64,000 nt of DNA from Bulleidia sp. (GTDB taxonomy: Bacteria; Bacillota_I; Bacilli_A; Erysipelotrichales; Erysipelotrichaceae). Within the stretch, counting starts at the first letter, position 1, and each line of letters opens with the position of its first letter. The position numbers were made by a program, and so were the translations under genes. Under the pieces are notes generated by a model, which searched no databases, had not been told where the DNA came from, and worked only from the letters and a program-made list of their open reading frames with translations. This document shows, piece by piece, positions 44,819-55,171 of the stretch. The stretch lies in assembly GCA_041859965.1 (NCBI GenBank), contig JBFLGD010000007.1, forward strand, positions 11,885 through 75,884, read 5' to 3'.

Positions 44819-45220
44819 ATGTCAGAAACAATTATGTTTGACAACAGTCTGAGCATTTTCCAGAATCTGGTTGTCGTTTACTGTGATGAGAATGGAAAGA
44901 AGTATATTGGCAATACGTATTACTACAATGGAAGAGGGAACCTGGATTACATGTGCGTTATGTGCAAGGATTCCCTGCCGGATAATATGGATCTGATTAT
45001 GGCATGGAACTGGCTGGATGATAACAGCCCTGCCGTCACACTGGTTCCTGAAGTTTCCATGGAAACTGGTGTTGAAGATTTTCTGTATGCACATGGTAAG
45101 GCTAAGGATTGGAAGACTGTATCCTATCATGTTATTGAGGAATGGCCTGATATGGAGAAGTATATTAAGGATCATCCAATCAAGAATGGTGAAGTTATTG
45201 GATTTGGCATCAAAAAATAA
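44819..45220 (+). CDS. Hypothetical acidic cytoplasmic protein
   Basis: SD GGAGG, normal codon style, terminator GCTGCAC-gaaa-GTGCGGC-TTTTT after it. Confidence 0.7.
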   Translation: MSETIMFDNSLSIFQNLVVVYCDENGKKYIGNTYYYNGRGNLDYMCVMCKDSLPDNMDLIMAWNWLDDNSPAVTLVPEVSMETGVEDFLYAHGKAKDWKTVSYHVIEEWPDMEKYIKDHPIKNGEVIGFGIKK

Positions 45221-45322
45221 TCTGTCCCTTGAAGGCTGCACGAAAGTGCGGCTTTTTGTATATCTGCATTGCATGCTAGAATGGACATATTAATACAATC
45301 GATGCAGTGAGGGGGAAATGAT

Positions 45323-46528
45323 ATGAAGCATGGAAAGAAACATCTGCGGGCTTGGGTGAAGATACTGATTGCTGCAGCAGTTTTAACTGTCCTTGGTTTT
45401 TCGGGGTATTCAATCTACCGAAAATATGGAGACAGTCAGCAGGCTTCTTCTTCAGTACAGGAGACGGCATCTGCATCGCCTTCTGAAGAACCAGTTACAA
45501 CATCTGCATCCATGTTCATGGTGGGCGATGGACTTCTTCATACAACACTGGATGCAGCTGCAGATGACGGCAATGGCGGATATGACTTTACAAAATTGTT
45601 AGGCAGAATAGGAGCGATTGCAGAGCCCTATGATCTGGAGTACTACAACCAGGAAACAATTCTGGCGGGCGATGAATATGGCATCCATGGCTATCCGACT
45701 TTCAATGGACCGCGTGCTTTCGGGGATACAATGTGCAGCTATGGCTTCAATCTTGTATCGCTTGCGAACAATCACAGTTTGGATATGGGGGCTGCCGGAA
45801 CAATTGCGTCAACAGAATACTGGAAGAGCAAGACCAACACGGTTTCAAGCGGTACCTATACGTCACAGGCAGACAGGGATGCAATTACGATTCATGAAGT
45901 GAATGGCATCAAGTATGCTTTCTTCTCTTGGACATATGGAATGAACGGATTTGAGAATCCTTCCGATCAGCCGTATCTTGTGGCGTGCTATGACGGTCAT
46001 ACGGATGAAATGCTGAATCAAATTACAGAAGCCAAGAAACAGGCGGATGTTGTTATTGTGGCAATGCACTGGGGAACTGAATATCAGACAGAGCCTTCTG
46101 AGGAACAGCAGGAACTCGCCCAGCAGCTTTCTGATGCAGGCGCAGATATTATTATTGGCAATCATCCGCACTGCATACAGCCGATCCAGAAACTGAATGA
46201 TCATACAATATGCTTCTATGCATTGGGCAATCTCTGTGCAGCACAGTATGGTCTTAGCAGAGTGGAAATGATGGGCGCACTGACAATAGAGAAAACGGTA
46301 TATAAGGGTGAAACAGCGATTGCAATCAAAGATGTAAAAGCAGATCTTATGTACTGCTACGCAGATGCTTCGTTTTCCGATAATGAAGTGGTTCCTTTCT
46401 CACAGATGACGGATGACACATATACGACTGATAAAGGCGGGGTGACACTGGACCATAATGCTGTATATAACCAGTATGTGGGGATTATTACGGAGATGGA
46501 TCCAGAAGTACAGGTAGGCGGTTTCTGA
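45323..46528 (+). CDS. CapA/PGA_cap family metallophosphoesterase, membrane anchored
   Basis: VGD, NQET, LANNHSLD, MHWGTEY, IIGNHPH, YALGN. Confidence 0.9.
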   Translation: MKHGKKHLRAWVKILIAAAVLTVLGFSGYSIYRKYGDSQQASSSVQETASASPSEEPVTTSASMFMVGDGLLHTTLDAAADDGNGGYDFTKLLGRIGAIAEPYDLEYYNQETILAGDEYGIHGYPTFNGPRAFGDTMCSYGFNLVSLANNHSLDMGAAGTIASTEYWKSKTNTVSSGTYTSQADRDAITIHEVNGIKYAFFSWTYGMNGFENPSDQPYLVACYDGHTDEMLNQITEAKKQADVVIVAMHWGTEYQTEPSEEQQELAQQLSDAGADIIIGNHPHCIQPIQKLNDHTICFYALGNLCAAQYGLSRVEMMGALTIEKTVYKGETAIAIKDVKADLMYCYADASFSDNEVVPFSQMTDDTYTTDKGGVTLDHNAVYNQYVGIITEMDPEVQVGGF

Positions 46529-47259
46529 TGAGAATTGTTTTCCTGACAATATGTCCTGAAGTGTTTGACGGATTCCTGAAGGAACCAATAGTCATGCATG
46601 CAGTGCATGGCGGGCAGATAGAGATCGCGGTTAAGGATATCAAGGAGTATGCCAAAGGAAGCTTCCGTCATATTGATGATTCTCCCTATGGCGGCGGGGC
46701 TGGTATGCTGATGCGAGTACAGCCTGTCATGGACGCACTGCGCAGTGTCAGAACAAAGGAAAGCCATGTGGTGGCAGTGATTCCTGCTGGAGAAAAATAT
46801 ACACAGAAAAAAGCACATATACTGACAGAAGAAAAGGATCTGATCTTCATATGCGGGCATTATGAAGGCATGGATGCTAGAATCTATGATGCCTGCGATG
46901 AAAGACTGTCAGCAGGAGATTATATTGTTTCAGGAGGAGAACTGCCTGCGATGATGATGGCGGATTCTGTAATCCGTCTTCTGAAGGGTGTTATTCGTGA
47001 TGAGAGCACTGCAGAGGAATCCTATGAGGATTCCCTGCTGGAATATCCGCAGTATACAAAGCCGGCAGAATATGAAGGAAAGAAAGTACCGGACGTACTC
47101 CGTACAGGCAATCACGAAAAGATCAGAAAATGGAGACTGCGGGAATCTCTTCGAACAACACTGCAGTACAGAGAAGATTTGATTGATATGAAAACATGTT
47201 CTGCGGAAGAAGAAAGGATCATAAAAAAACTGAAGGACACTGAGTCCTTCAGAGAATAA
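46528..47259 (+). CDS. trmD: tRNA (guanine37-N1) methyltransferase TrmD
   Basis: DDSPYGGGAGM, CGHYEGMD, GDYIVSGGE, LLEYPQYT, GNH. Confidence 0.9.
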   Translation: MRIVFLTICPEVFDGFLKEPIVMHAVHGGQIEIAVKDIKEYAKGSFRHIDDSPYGGGAGMLMRVQPVMDALRSVRTKESHVVAVIPAGEKYTQKKAHILTEEKDLIFICGHYEGMDARIYDACDERLSAGDYIVSGGELPAMMMADSVIRLLKGVIRDESTAEESYEDSLLEYPQYTKPAEYEGKKVPDVLRTGNHEKIRKWRLRESLRTTLQYREDLIDMKTCSAEEERIIKKLKDTESFRE

Positions 47260-47557
47260 TTGCTTCGGTGATCAATACAGTAATACAGCAGGCTGCCGCT
47301 ACCATTGGCAGCCCTTTATTATTCCATGCGAGAATAACTCCGACAATCAGAGCAGCTGCTCCGGCAATGGGAACGGCTGTTGCCTGAATAATTGCCGGGA
47401 ATGTCATGACTGCAAGTGTTGCATAAGGAACATAATAGAAGAAGGAACATACAAAAGGATTGGTGATTGGTCTGCGTATCAGGGTCAGAGGAAGAATGCG
47501 AAGCATTGCAACAACTGCAAATGATACGAGAATATATGCCATTACTGTGTTATGCAT
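47249..47557 (-). CDS. azlD: AzlD family branched-chain amino acid exporter small subunit
   Basis: LRILPL, YVPYATLAVMTFP; coupled to azlC. Confidence 0.88.
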   Translation of the reverse strand: MHNTVMAYILVSFAVVAMLRILPLTLIRRPITNPFVCSFFYYVPYATLAVMTFPAIIQATAVPIAGAAALIVGVILAWNNKGLPMVAAACCITVLITEAIIL

Positions 47558-48308
47558 CTGTTTCCTCCTTAATTCGTACCGGTACAGGTTTGATGATTGC
47601 GGCGGCGGCGGATATCAGAACTGTCAGAATAATGATACGGGTGCCGCTGCCAAGAGAAGATATAACGGGAAGTATTCCGCACAGCCAGCTTGTTATGAAA
47701 CCGGCAATGACAATGACCAGTACGGTTCTGTCTTTTCTGGAAGGCGGAATGATAATTGCCAGAAACATACCGTACAGTGCAACGCTTAATGCAGAGACAA
47801 TCCGTACTGGCAGAATGTTTCCAAGTACGACTCCGAAAGCTGAACCAAGTGCCCATGGCAGGATGGATACTGCCATAGCTCCATAGCTATAGAAGGGATT
47901 TAGAGATCCTTTTCTGCTGCTGGAGATGGCGAAGATTTCGTCTGTGATGCCAAAGCCGAGAATGATACGTTTCTTCTGACTAGTTTCAGGAGAGAGTTTT
48001 TGGGCTAGGGAACATGACATTAGAATATATCGTGCATCTGCGATAAACGTCATCAGTGCCATTTCCAGAAGTGAACCTGAAGAAGCGATGACCTGTATCG
48101 CTGCATATTCTCCGGCACTGGCAAGGTTTGTAAAGGAAAGCATAAAGCCTTCGAACCATGACATACCGGCATTGCGCATTGCTATACCCAAAGCAAAGGA
48201 CACTGCAAAATATCCTGCTCCGATGGGAATGCCGTCACGCATTCCTTCCTTGAATTCTGTGAAATCAGTTCCGTCTGTCTGTGTAAAGATCTCTTCTGCT
48301 GTGCTCAT
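47550..48308 (-). CDS. azlC: AzlC family permease
   Basis: PIGAGYF.VSF.LG, ASAGEY, ARYILMS, ITDEIFA. Confidence 0.92.
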   Translation of the reverse strand: MSTAEEIFTQTDGTDFTEFKEGMRDGIPIGAGYFAVSFALGIAMRNAGMSWFEGFMLSFTNLASAGEYAAIQVIASSGSLLEMALMTFIADARYILMSCSLAQKLSPETSQKKRIILGFGITDEIFAISSSRKGSLNPFYSYGAMAVSILPWALGSAFGVVLGNILPVRIVSALSVALYGMFLAIIIPPSRKDRTVLVIVIAGFITSWLCGILPVISSLGSGTRIIILTVLISAAAAIIKPVPVRIKEETDA

Positions 48309-48391
48309 TTTTCTGTCCTCGTGAATAAATATATTGAATTTTCAGCATAAGTAAAGATAATAATATTAATATAAGTATAAGGAAAACAAAT

Positions 48392-49285
48392 ATGATAACG
48401 AGATATGGAATACTGGCAAAAGTAATAGAAACAGGGTCTTTCTCAAAGACCGCGGAAGAGCTTGGGTACTCACAGCCAGCTGTTTCACAGGCTGTGAAGG
48501 GAATTGAAAGTGAGCTTCATACAGTACTGATACAGAGAAACAGAGAAGGACTTACTCTGACAAAGGATGGAGAATCATACCTTCCGTATATCAGAGCCAT
48601 TGTAACGGCAGAAGAGAATCTTGACCGTAAACGGGATGAAATGGATGGCCTGGAAGAACAGACAATACGCATTGGTACATTTACCAGTGTGTCCAGAAAT
48701 CTTCTGCCGCCTCTGATGGCTTCTTTTCATCAGAAGCATCCTTCCGTACAATTTGAATTGAGACAGGGCGAGTATGATAATATTCATGAGTGGCTTCTGA
48801 GCGGTCTGATTGATTTTGGCTTTACAAGAGCCGGTATTTATCCGGATCTGCATACGGAAGTGATCTGCCGTGATACCATGGTTGCAGTTCTTCCTCCGCA
48901 TCACAGGCTGTGCAGAAGAAAAACAGTCTCTCTGCAGGATCTTGCCGAGGAACCGTTTATTCTGCTGGATGAGGGCAAGAACAGCATTCCGCTGAAGGCA
49001 TTTGCGGAATATGGACTGTCGCCTAGAATTGCTTATAAGGTGTATGACGATTATTCTATTATGGCCATGGTAAAGCAGAACATGGGCGTTTCCATGCTTT
49101 ATAGGATGGTGACGGCGGGCTTTGAGAAGGATGCGGAAGTCAGAGAAATCAGAGAACCAGTGGGCCGCCTGATTGCAATGGTATGCAGAAATCCTGAAAC
49201 GACCGGGATTGCCGCAAAGGCATTTATGGAATATATAAGAGAGGAAGTACCGGGAGTGCTGGGAAAACTCGGGATAAAGGTATGA
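48392..49285 (+). CDS. LysR family regulator, divergent from azlCD
   Basis: SFSKTAEELGYSQPAVSQ HTH, PBP2 domain. Confidence 0.95.
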   Translation: MITRYGILAKVIETGSFSKTAEELGYSQPAVSQAVKGIESELHTVLIQRNREGLTLTKDGESYLPYIRAIVTAEENLDRKRDEMDGLEEQTIRIGTFTSVSRNLLPPLMASFHQKHPSVQFELRQGEYDNIHEWLLSGLIDFGFTRAGIYPDLHTEVICRDTMVAVLPPHHRLCRRKTVSLQDLAEEPFILLDEGKNSIPLKAFAEYGLSPRIAYKVYDDYSIMAMVKQNMGVSMLYRMVTAGFEKDAEVREIREPVGRLIAMVCRNPETTGIAAKAFMEYIREEVPGVLGKLGIKV

Positions 49286-49920
49286 AAAGAAGAACGATTG
49301 TTAAAACAATTGATGTGATTATTATTCTGACAGCAGCTGCCGGACTGCTTTATCAGTTTGGCTATATAACCGGAGAGAGAACATTTGAGTCCTTGAAGCT
49401 CTTTTCTATTATTAATGTACTGTTTACAGCAGTTTACTATCTGTGTGCACTGGTCTACCTCAGTTTTAAGGAAAGAGGCGTACTGATGCCTATATGGAAG
49501 TATTCCTCTTTTGTGACGATTACTTTCTGCTCCATGATTGAATGGTCTTTCCTGAGCCCGTTCCATGCAAATTTTGCGGCTAATGAAATGACAGCGATGC
49601 AGCTGCTGCATATTGCACTGCCGCTGGAAGTGTTTGCAGAATGGCTGTTTTCTGAAAAGGGACATTTCAGTAAAAAATATATCCCTGCCGGTCTTCTTCC
49701 GAGTATAGTATACGGGGCTGTGAGCCTTGGAGCAGCGGCACTAGGACATGGCTTTGGTGTGAATGGAAATATATACCCGTATGATTTCCTGAACGCAAAG
49801 CTGCTTGGCTATCATATTGTGCTTGGCTCCTGTGCACTGTTTATTCTCTGCATGCTTATCTACTGTGAAATTGTATGTGCAATAGATAGAAGTATGTATA
49901 AAAGAGGCAGAAAAAGATGA
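49282..49920 (+). CDS. Pr6Pr-like integral membrane protein
   Basis: 6 TMs, H...P....EW and YPYDFLN motifs. Confidence 0.65.
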   Translation: MKRRTIVKTIDVIIILTAAAGLLYQFGYITGERTFESLKLFSIINVLFTAVYYLCALVYLSFKERGVLMPIWKYSSFVTITFCSMIEWSFLSPFHANFAANEMTAMQLLHIALPLEVFAEWLFSEKGHFSKKYIPAGLLPSIVYGAVSLGAAALGHGFGVNGNIYPYDFLNAKLLGYHIVLGSCALFILCMLIYCEIVCAIDRSMYKRGRKR

Positions 49921-50327
49921 TTCGCAGAATCGTCAGAGATGAAATCTTTCTGCAGAGACCTTCGACAGAGGCGGGGAAAGAGGATCTGCAGACGGGTATG
50001 GATCTTTTAGATACGCTCCATGCACATCAGGACATATGCGCGGGAATGGCCGCTAATATGATCGGTGTATCCAAAAACATTATCGTGATGAATGCAGGAT
50101 TGATGGATGTGCTGATGTTCAATCCAGTGATTATTTCAGGAAGGGATCTCTATGAAACGGAAGAGGGATGTCTTTCTCTCGATGGAAAAAGAAAAACAAA
50201 GAGATACCGCAATATCAAAGTTAAATATGAAGATATGCACTTCCACAAAAAGACTGGTGAATTCAGCGGATTTGCGGCTGAGATCATCCAGCATGAGGTG
50301 GATCACTGCAGAGGAATACTGATCTGA
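49917..50327 (+). CDS. def: Short peptide deformylase paralog (DefA type)
   Basis: EGCLS and QHEVDH kept; motif 1 is CAGMAANMIG; 136 aa. Confidence 0.85.
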   Translation: MIRRIVRDEIFLQRPSTEAGKEDLQTGMDLLDTLHAHQDICAGMAANMIGVSKNIIVMNAGLMDVLMFNPVIISGRDLYETEEGCLSLDGKRKTKRYRNIKVKYEDMHFHKKTGEFSGFAAEIIQHEVDHCRGILI

Positions 50328-50364
50328 GAAGACAGTATGTCTGGTTGTGGTAGAATAACAGCGT

Positions 50365-51231
50365 ATGAAAATTGCAGATAAGATTAAAAACAGAGAAGAG
50401 TTCACGCCTACAGAGAATACGATTGCGAAGTATCTGCAGGAGAACAGCAGGGATGTCGTGGGGATGTCTCTGGATGAGCTGGCTAATACACTGTATGTTT
50501 CCAAGTCCTCGATCATTCGTTTCTGCAAGAAACTGGGCTTTCAGGGACATAAAGAACTTTGTGTACAGCTTGCAAGAGAACTGAATACCTTTGTGTTTGA
50601 CGGTAAGTATCTGAACCCGTCGTTTCCTTATGAAGCAGACGACACTGCAAAGGTACTGGCGGAAAAGGCGTATTCTCTGAACTACGGTGCTCTGTCTGAG
50701 ACGTTTAATGATTTGGATCCTGAACAGCTGTATAAGATAGCGAAGCAGATCCACGATGGAAAGTCTTTGTATCTGTACTGCTGTGAAGGAAGCTATATGC
50801 CTGCCAGTGACTTTGAAAGCAAGTTGAGAGATATCAATTTTCCGGTCAGACTGATAACGGTACCTGGCTCCAACCTGAAGCAGGCACTGATACAGGAAGA
50901 GGGAAGCATAGCGCTGATCATTTCATACAGTGAAAGAGACGAAGGAATACTGAAGGTAGCTAGAGTGCTGTCGGATAGAAGCATACCGATGTTCATGGTG
51001 ACAGGTCCTACCCGCAGTGTAGTAATGAAATATGTACAGGATACGATTCAGGTAAGCTACTTTGAACCGTATCCGAAGATAGCTTCCATTGGCTCCAGAA
51101 CAGCAGTTATGCTGGTGCTGGACATTCTCTATGCTGATTTGTTCGCAATGGATTATGAACAGAATATGGCATTGATCAATGATGCGGATGAAAGAAGAAA
51201 AGCACTGCTGACAAAGGATCATCAGGGCTGA
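50365..51231 (+). CDS. MurR/RpiR family regulator
   Basis: VSKSSIIRFCKKLGFQG HTH plus SIS domain. Confidence 0.92.
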   Translation: MKIADKIKNREEFTPTENTIAKYLQENSRDVVGMSLDELANTLYVSKSSIIRFCKKLGFQGHKELCVQLARELNTFVFDGKYLNPSFPYEADDTAKVLAEKAYSLNYGALSETFNDLDPEQLYKIAKQIHDGKSLYLYCCEGSYMPASDFESKLRDINFPVRLITVPGSNLKQALIQEEGSIALIISYSERDEGILKVARVLSDRSIPMFMVTGPTRSVVMKYVQDTIQVSYFEPYPKIASIGSRTAVMLVLDILYADLFAMDYEQNMALINDADERRKALLTKDHQG

Positions 51232-51256
51232 ATTTTACAGAAAGGAACTTTGTTTT

Positions 51257-52522
51257 ATGCATGAGGTCATAAAGATAGAAGGCGGGCATCCGCTGAATGG
51301 AGAGGTGACGATATCCGGTGCCAAGAATGCTACGGTGGCACTGATTCCGGCAGCTGTACTGGCGCATGGTCCTGTTACAATTGTTGGCATTCCGCAGATA
51401 GCGGATGTTACTAACCTGTGCGAGATACTGGAAATATTGAATGTTGAGGTCACCAGAGTAGCTCCGGATCATCTGATCATTGATCCGACTCATATGAAGA
51501 ATATCGATCTGGTGGATGATGCGGTAACGAAACTGCGTGCTTCCTACTATTTCATGGGGGCACTGCTTGGCAAGTATGGCCATGTATGCATGAAGATGCC
51601 GGGCGGGTGCTATTTAGGACCTCGTCCTATTGATCTGCATATCAAGGGCTTTGAAGCACTGGGGGCCGATGTGAAGTTTGAGAAGGGCTGCTACACAATT
51701 ACAGCAGACCATCTGACTGGTGCTAAGATTTTCCTGGATATTTCTTCGGTAGGAGCGACTATCAATATTATGATGGCTGCTGTCTATGCAGAGGGACGTA
51801 CTACGATCGAGAATGCTGCCAAGGAGCCTGAGATTATTGATGTTGCTACACTTCTGAACAGAATGGGCGCACATGTGACAGGTGCTGGTACCAATGTCAT
51901 CACAATTGAAGGCACTGCACATCTGAATGGCTGCTTCCATGAAATCATTCCTGACCGTATTGAAGCTGGGACATTTGCAATTATTGCGGCAGCCTGCGGA
52001 GAACATGTCAGCATCCGCAATGTCATTCCTCAGCATATCGATGCACTTCTTTCGAAACTGCAGGAAATGGGTGCAAATATCAAGGTTGGTGTTGATTATA
52101 TTGAAGTGGAAAAGTCTGGACCTCTGAAGGGGACAGATATTGTTACAAGACCGTATCCTGGTTTTGCAACAGATCTGCAGCAGCCTCTGACTGCATTGAT
52201 GACACAGGCAGTAGGTGACTCCAAGATTATCGACACCATCTATCCGGAGAGATTTAAGCATTGTACTGAACTGGGCAGAATGGGAGCAAATATTGAAGTC
52301 AGGAATGGAGAAGCAGATATTAAAGGACCGACACCTTTGTATGGGACTACAGTTTACGCTACTGATCTGAGATGCGGCGCAGCGATGATTGTAGCAGGAC
52401 TGATTGCTGAAGGAGAGACAGTCATTGGCAATGTCTATCATATTGACAGAGGCTACTCGGAACTGGACAAGAAGCTGAAGAAGCTGGGTGCTGTCATCCA
52501 TCGCGAAATGAAGGATGATTAA
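51257..52522 (+). CDS. murA: UDP-GlcNAc 1-carboxyvinyltransferase
   Basis: SGAKNA, LRASYY, PGGCYLGPRPIDLH with active Cys, PDRIEAGT, TDLRCG. Confidence 0.97.
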   Translation: MHEVIKIEGGHPLNGEVTISGAKNATVALIPAAVLAHGPVTIVGIPQIADVTNLCEILEILNVEVTRVAPDHLIIDPTHMKNIDLVDDAVTKLRASYYFMGALLGKYGHVCMKMPGGCYLGPRPIDLHIKGFEALGADVKFEKGCYTITADHLTGAKIFLDISSVGATINIMMAAVYAEGRTTIENAAKEPEIIDVATLLNRMGAHVTGAGTNVITIEGTAHLNGCFHEIIPDRIEAGTFAIIAAACGEHVSIRNVIPQHIDALLSKLQEMGANIKVGVDYIEVEKSGPLKGTDIVTRPYPGFATDLQQPLTALMTQAVGDSKIIDTIYPERFKHCTELGRMGANIEVRNGEADIKGPTPLYGTTVYATDLRCGAAMIVAGLIAEGETVIGNVYHIDRGYSELDKKLKKLGAVIHREMKDD

Positions 52523-52532
52523 GCGGTAAATA

Positions 52533-52561
52533 TTGCATTCCACCGGGAATTATAGTACTAT
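52533..52561 (+). promoter_or_regulatory. rpmE promoter
   Basis: TTGCAT-17-TACTAT. Confidence 0.6.
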
Positions 52562-52617
52562 CTAAAAGCACTTTCTTTATGCACGTTTAGAGGCATAAGG
52601 CAGAAGGGAGAACAAAC

Positions 52618-52821
52618 ATGAAAGACGGAATTCATCCAAAGTATTACAAGGCCAAGGTTATCTGCACATCCTGCGGCGCTGAATTTGAAACAGGTTCAAC
52701 ACTGAAGGAAATTAAAGTAGATACATGCTCAAACTGCCATCCATTCTATACAGGACGTCAGAGATTCGCAGCATCTGCTGGCCAGGTTGAAAAGTTCAAT
52801 AAAAAATACGGACTTAAGTAA
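52618..52821 (+). CDS. rpmE: 50S ribosomal protein L31 (Zn-binding type)
   Basis: [24 protein letters not shown]. Confidence 0.97.
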   Translation: MKDGIHPKYYKAKVICTSCGAEFETGSTLKEIKVDTCSNCHPFYTGRQRFAASAGQVEKFNKKYGLK

Positions 52822-52827
52822 GGAAAT

Positions 52828-52854
52828 AAGGTGGATGGAGACATTCACTTTTTT
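52828..52854 (+). terminator. Terminator after rpmE
   Basis: AAGGTGGATG-gaga-CATTCACTT-T run. Confidence 0.65.
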
Positions 52855-52914
52855 CATGCCGCTGCTTCATTTCAAAGACTTAAAAATATGATAGAGTTAC
52901 AGGAACAGGGGTAG

Positions 52915-54084
52915 ATGATGAAGAAAGAAAAGAAACAGACAGTGATGTCCCTTGAGGATATCAAGAAATACTTTCTGAAGAAATCTGCAGGCGAGCAGGA
53001 AATCACTCAGAAGGAAATGATGGAAATGGCCGAGAAGAATCATCTTTCTGAAGAAGAGGAAGAGGAGATTTTTGACTGGGCACAGGAGAACAGCGATATT
53101 CTGATGAAGGTTGAGAACGATGATATTCTCGAGGATGATACAGAACCGTCAGAAGAGGACAGCAGCGAGGAAGAGGATACAGAGGAAGAGGAAGAAGATA
53201 CAGAGGAGGAAGTTCCTGAGAAAACAGTCAGGAAGCCTGCCACCAAGTCTTCCGATTCCATTAAGGCATATCTGCAGGAAATTGGTGAGATTGACAGACT
53301 GACACCTGAAGAAGAAGTTGAACTTGCCAAGAAAATAGAGAAGGGCGATGCACAGGCTAAGGAGCAGATGATCAATGCCAATCTGCGTCTTGTTGTGTCT
53401 ATTGCCAAGAAATATAAGGACAGGGGCCTGTCTCTGCAGGATCTGATACAGGAAGGCAATATCGGTCTGATGAGAGCCGTGGAGAAGTTTGATTATCGTA
53501 AAGGATTCCGTTTCTCTACGTATGCAACATGGTGGATCAGACAATCCATGACTAGAGCAGTCGCAGATCAGTCCCGAGATATTCGTATTCCAATCCATAG
53601 AGTTGAGCAGATCAATCGTATCAAGAGAATGCAGAATGAACTGGAACAGAAACTTGGCAGAGCACCGACAGCAGGTGAAATTGCTGAACAGATGAAAGAT
53701 CTGGACGAGAAGCAGGTAGTGGAGTTTCTGGGACTTTCAGAACCTACTGTTTCTCTGGAAAATCCAATCAGGGATGATGACGACAGTACGAGAGCAGATA
53801 TTACACCGGATGAAAATGCAATTGACCCGGCTGCCTATACAAGCAGTCAGGATACAAGAGAAGTGGTAGATAAGATGCTGAAGGATCTTCCTCCAAGAGA
53901 AGAACAGATTATACGTATGCGTTTCGGACTGGATGGTACAGGGAAACCTAAGACGCTGGAGGAAGTGGGAAAGCAGTTTCATGTTACAAGAGAAAGGGTA
54001 AGGCAGATTGAATCCAAGGCAATCAGACGTCTGCATTACAATATCAACACAAAAAAGGACTACAGAGGTCTGAAGAACGATTAG
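52915..54084 (+). CDS. RpoD/SigA-type sigma-70 factor, not linked to dnaG
   Basis: Regions 1.2 (YLQEIG), 2 ([22 protein letters not shown]), 3 and 4 ([17 protein letters not shown]). Confidence 0.9.
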   Translation: MMKKEKKQTVMSLEDIKKYFLKKSAGEQEITQKEMMEMAEKNHLSEEEEEEIFDWAQENSDILMKVENDDILEDDTEPSEEDSSEEEDTEEEEEDTEEEVPEKTVRKPATKSSDSIKAYLQEIGEIDRLTPEEEVELAKKIEKGDAQAKEQMINANLRLVVSIAKKYKDRGLSLQDLIQEGNIGLMRAVEKFDYRKGFRFSTYATWWIRQSMTRAVADQSRDIRIPIHRVEQINRIKRMQNELEQKLGRAPTAGEIAEQMKDLDEKQVVEFLGLSEPTVSLENPIRDDDDSTRADITPDENAIDPAAYTSSQDTREVVDKMLKDLPPREEQIIRMRFGLDGTGKPKTLEEVGKQFHVTRERVRQIESKAIRRLHYNINTKKDYRGLKND

Positions 54085-54094
54085 GAGAAAATGA

Positions 54095-55171
54095 ATGGAC
54101 GCAGTTAGAACAAAGCTGATCGAGATAGAGAAAAGATATAATGAGATCAATGAGCAGCTGACGAAAGAAGAAATTGTTTCCGATCCAAGAAGGGTCGCGA
54201 AACTTGCCAAAGAAGAAGCAAATCTGAAACAGACGGTAGATGCCTGGCATGAGCTGAAGAGCCTTGACGAACGCATAGAACAGGCAGATGCCATGATGGA
54301 TGAACATGATCCGGATATGAAGGAAATGGCGGAGATGGAGAGGGAAGAATGTGAACCGGAAAGAGAGAAGCTGCTGGTTCATATTCAGACACTTCTGATT
54401 CCTCATGATCCGGAAGACGATCATGATGTCATTATGGAGATCAGAGGCGGTGCAGGCGGAGATGAAGGCAATATCTTTGCGGGTGATCTTTATCGTATGT
54501 ACACAAGATATGCTGAAAGCAAAGGATGGAAGGTGCAGGTAATGGATGCCAATGACAGTGAAGCCGGCGGGTTTTCGCTGATTGTATTTTCCATCAAGGG
54601 AACTGACATCTATAAGCATCTGAAGTGGGAATCGGGTACACATCGCGTACAGAGAGTGCCTAAGACTGAGTCACAGGGCAGAATCCATACTTCGACAGCG
54701 ACGGTGCTCTGCCAGCCTGAAATGGATGATGATGATATTGAGATAGATCCTAAGGATCTGACTTTTGAAACACATCGTGCTTCTGGTGCAGGCGGGCAGC
54801 ATATCAATAAGACGGATTCTGCTGTTCGTATTGTGCATGTTCCTACAGGTATTACGGTCAACTGTCAGGAGGGGCGCTCACAGATAGAAAACAGAGAAAC
54901 AGCACTGCGCATTATACGTACCCGTGTTTATGAGGAACTGAAGAGAAGAAAAGAAGAAGCAGCTGGAAAGATTCGCCGTGCCAAGATAGGTACAGGTGAT
55001 CGTTCCGAGAAGATCAGAACCTATAATTACCCGCAGAACAGAGTGACGGATCACAGAATCCACCTGACAATACCGCATCTGGATCAGATTATGGATGGAA
55101 AGATGGATGAGCTCATTGCCGGACTGATGGCAGAAGAGGAAAAAAGAAAGCTGGAGGAGACCGGAGAGTGA
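54095..55171 (+). CDS. prfA: Peptide chain release factor 1
   Basis: PKT specificity tripeptide, GAGGQH, RSEKIRTYNYPQNR. Confidence 0.97.
   Translation: MDAVRTKLIEIEKRYNEINEQLTKEEIVSDPRRVAKLAKEEANLKQTVDAWHELKSLDERIEQADAMMDEHDPDMKEMAEMEREECEPEREKLLVHIQTLLIPHDPEDDHDVIMEIRGGAGGDEGNIFAGDLYRMYTRYAESKGWKVQVMDANDSEAGGFSLIVFSIKGTDIYKHLKWESGTHRVQRVPKTESQGRIHTSTATVLCQPEMDDDDIEIDPKDLTFETHRASGAGGQHINKTDSAVRIVHVPTGITVNCQEGRSQIENRETALRIIRTRVYEELKRRKEEAAGKIRRAKIGTGDRSEKIRTYNYPQNRVTDHRIHLTIPHLDQIMDGKMDELIAGLMAEEEKRKLEETGE

Noticed and set aside
51614-52543. 309-aa antisense ORF over murA, and the many other 60-240-aa overlapping ORFs in the track
   Set aside because: Fully overlap well-supported genes, non-protein-like composition, no motifs
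52562-52617. L31 ribosomal leader RNA (hairpin CTTTATGC...GCATAAGG)
   Set aside because: Plausible but cannot be matched to a covariance model by eye; needs an Infernal/Rfam search
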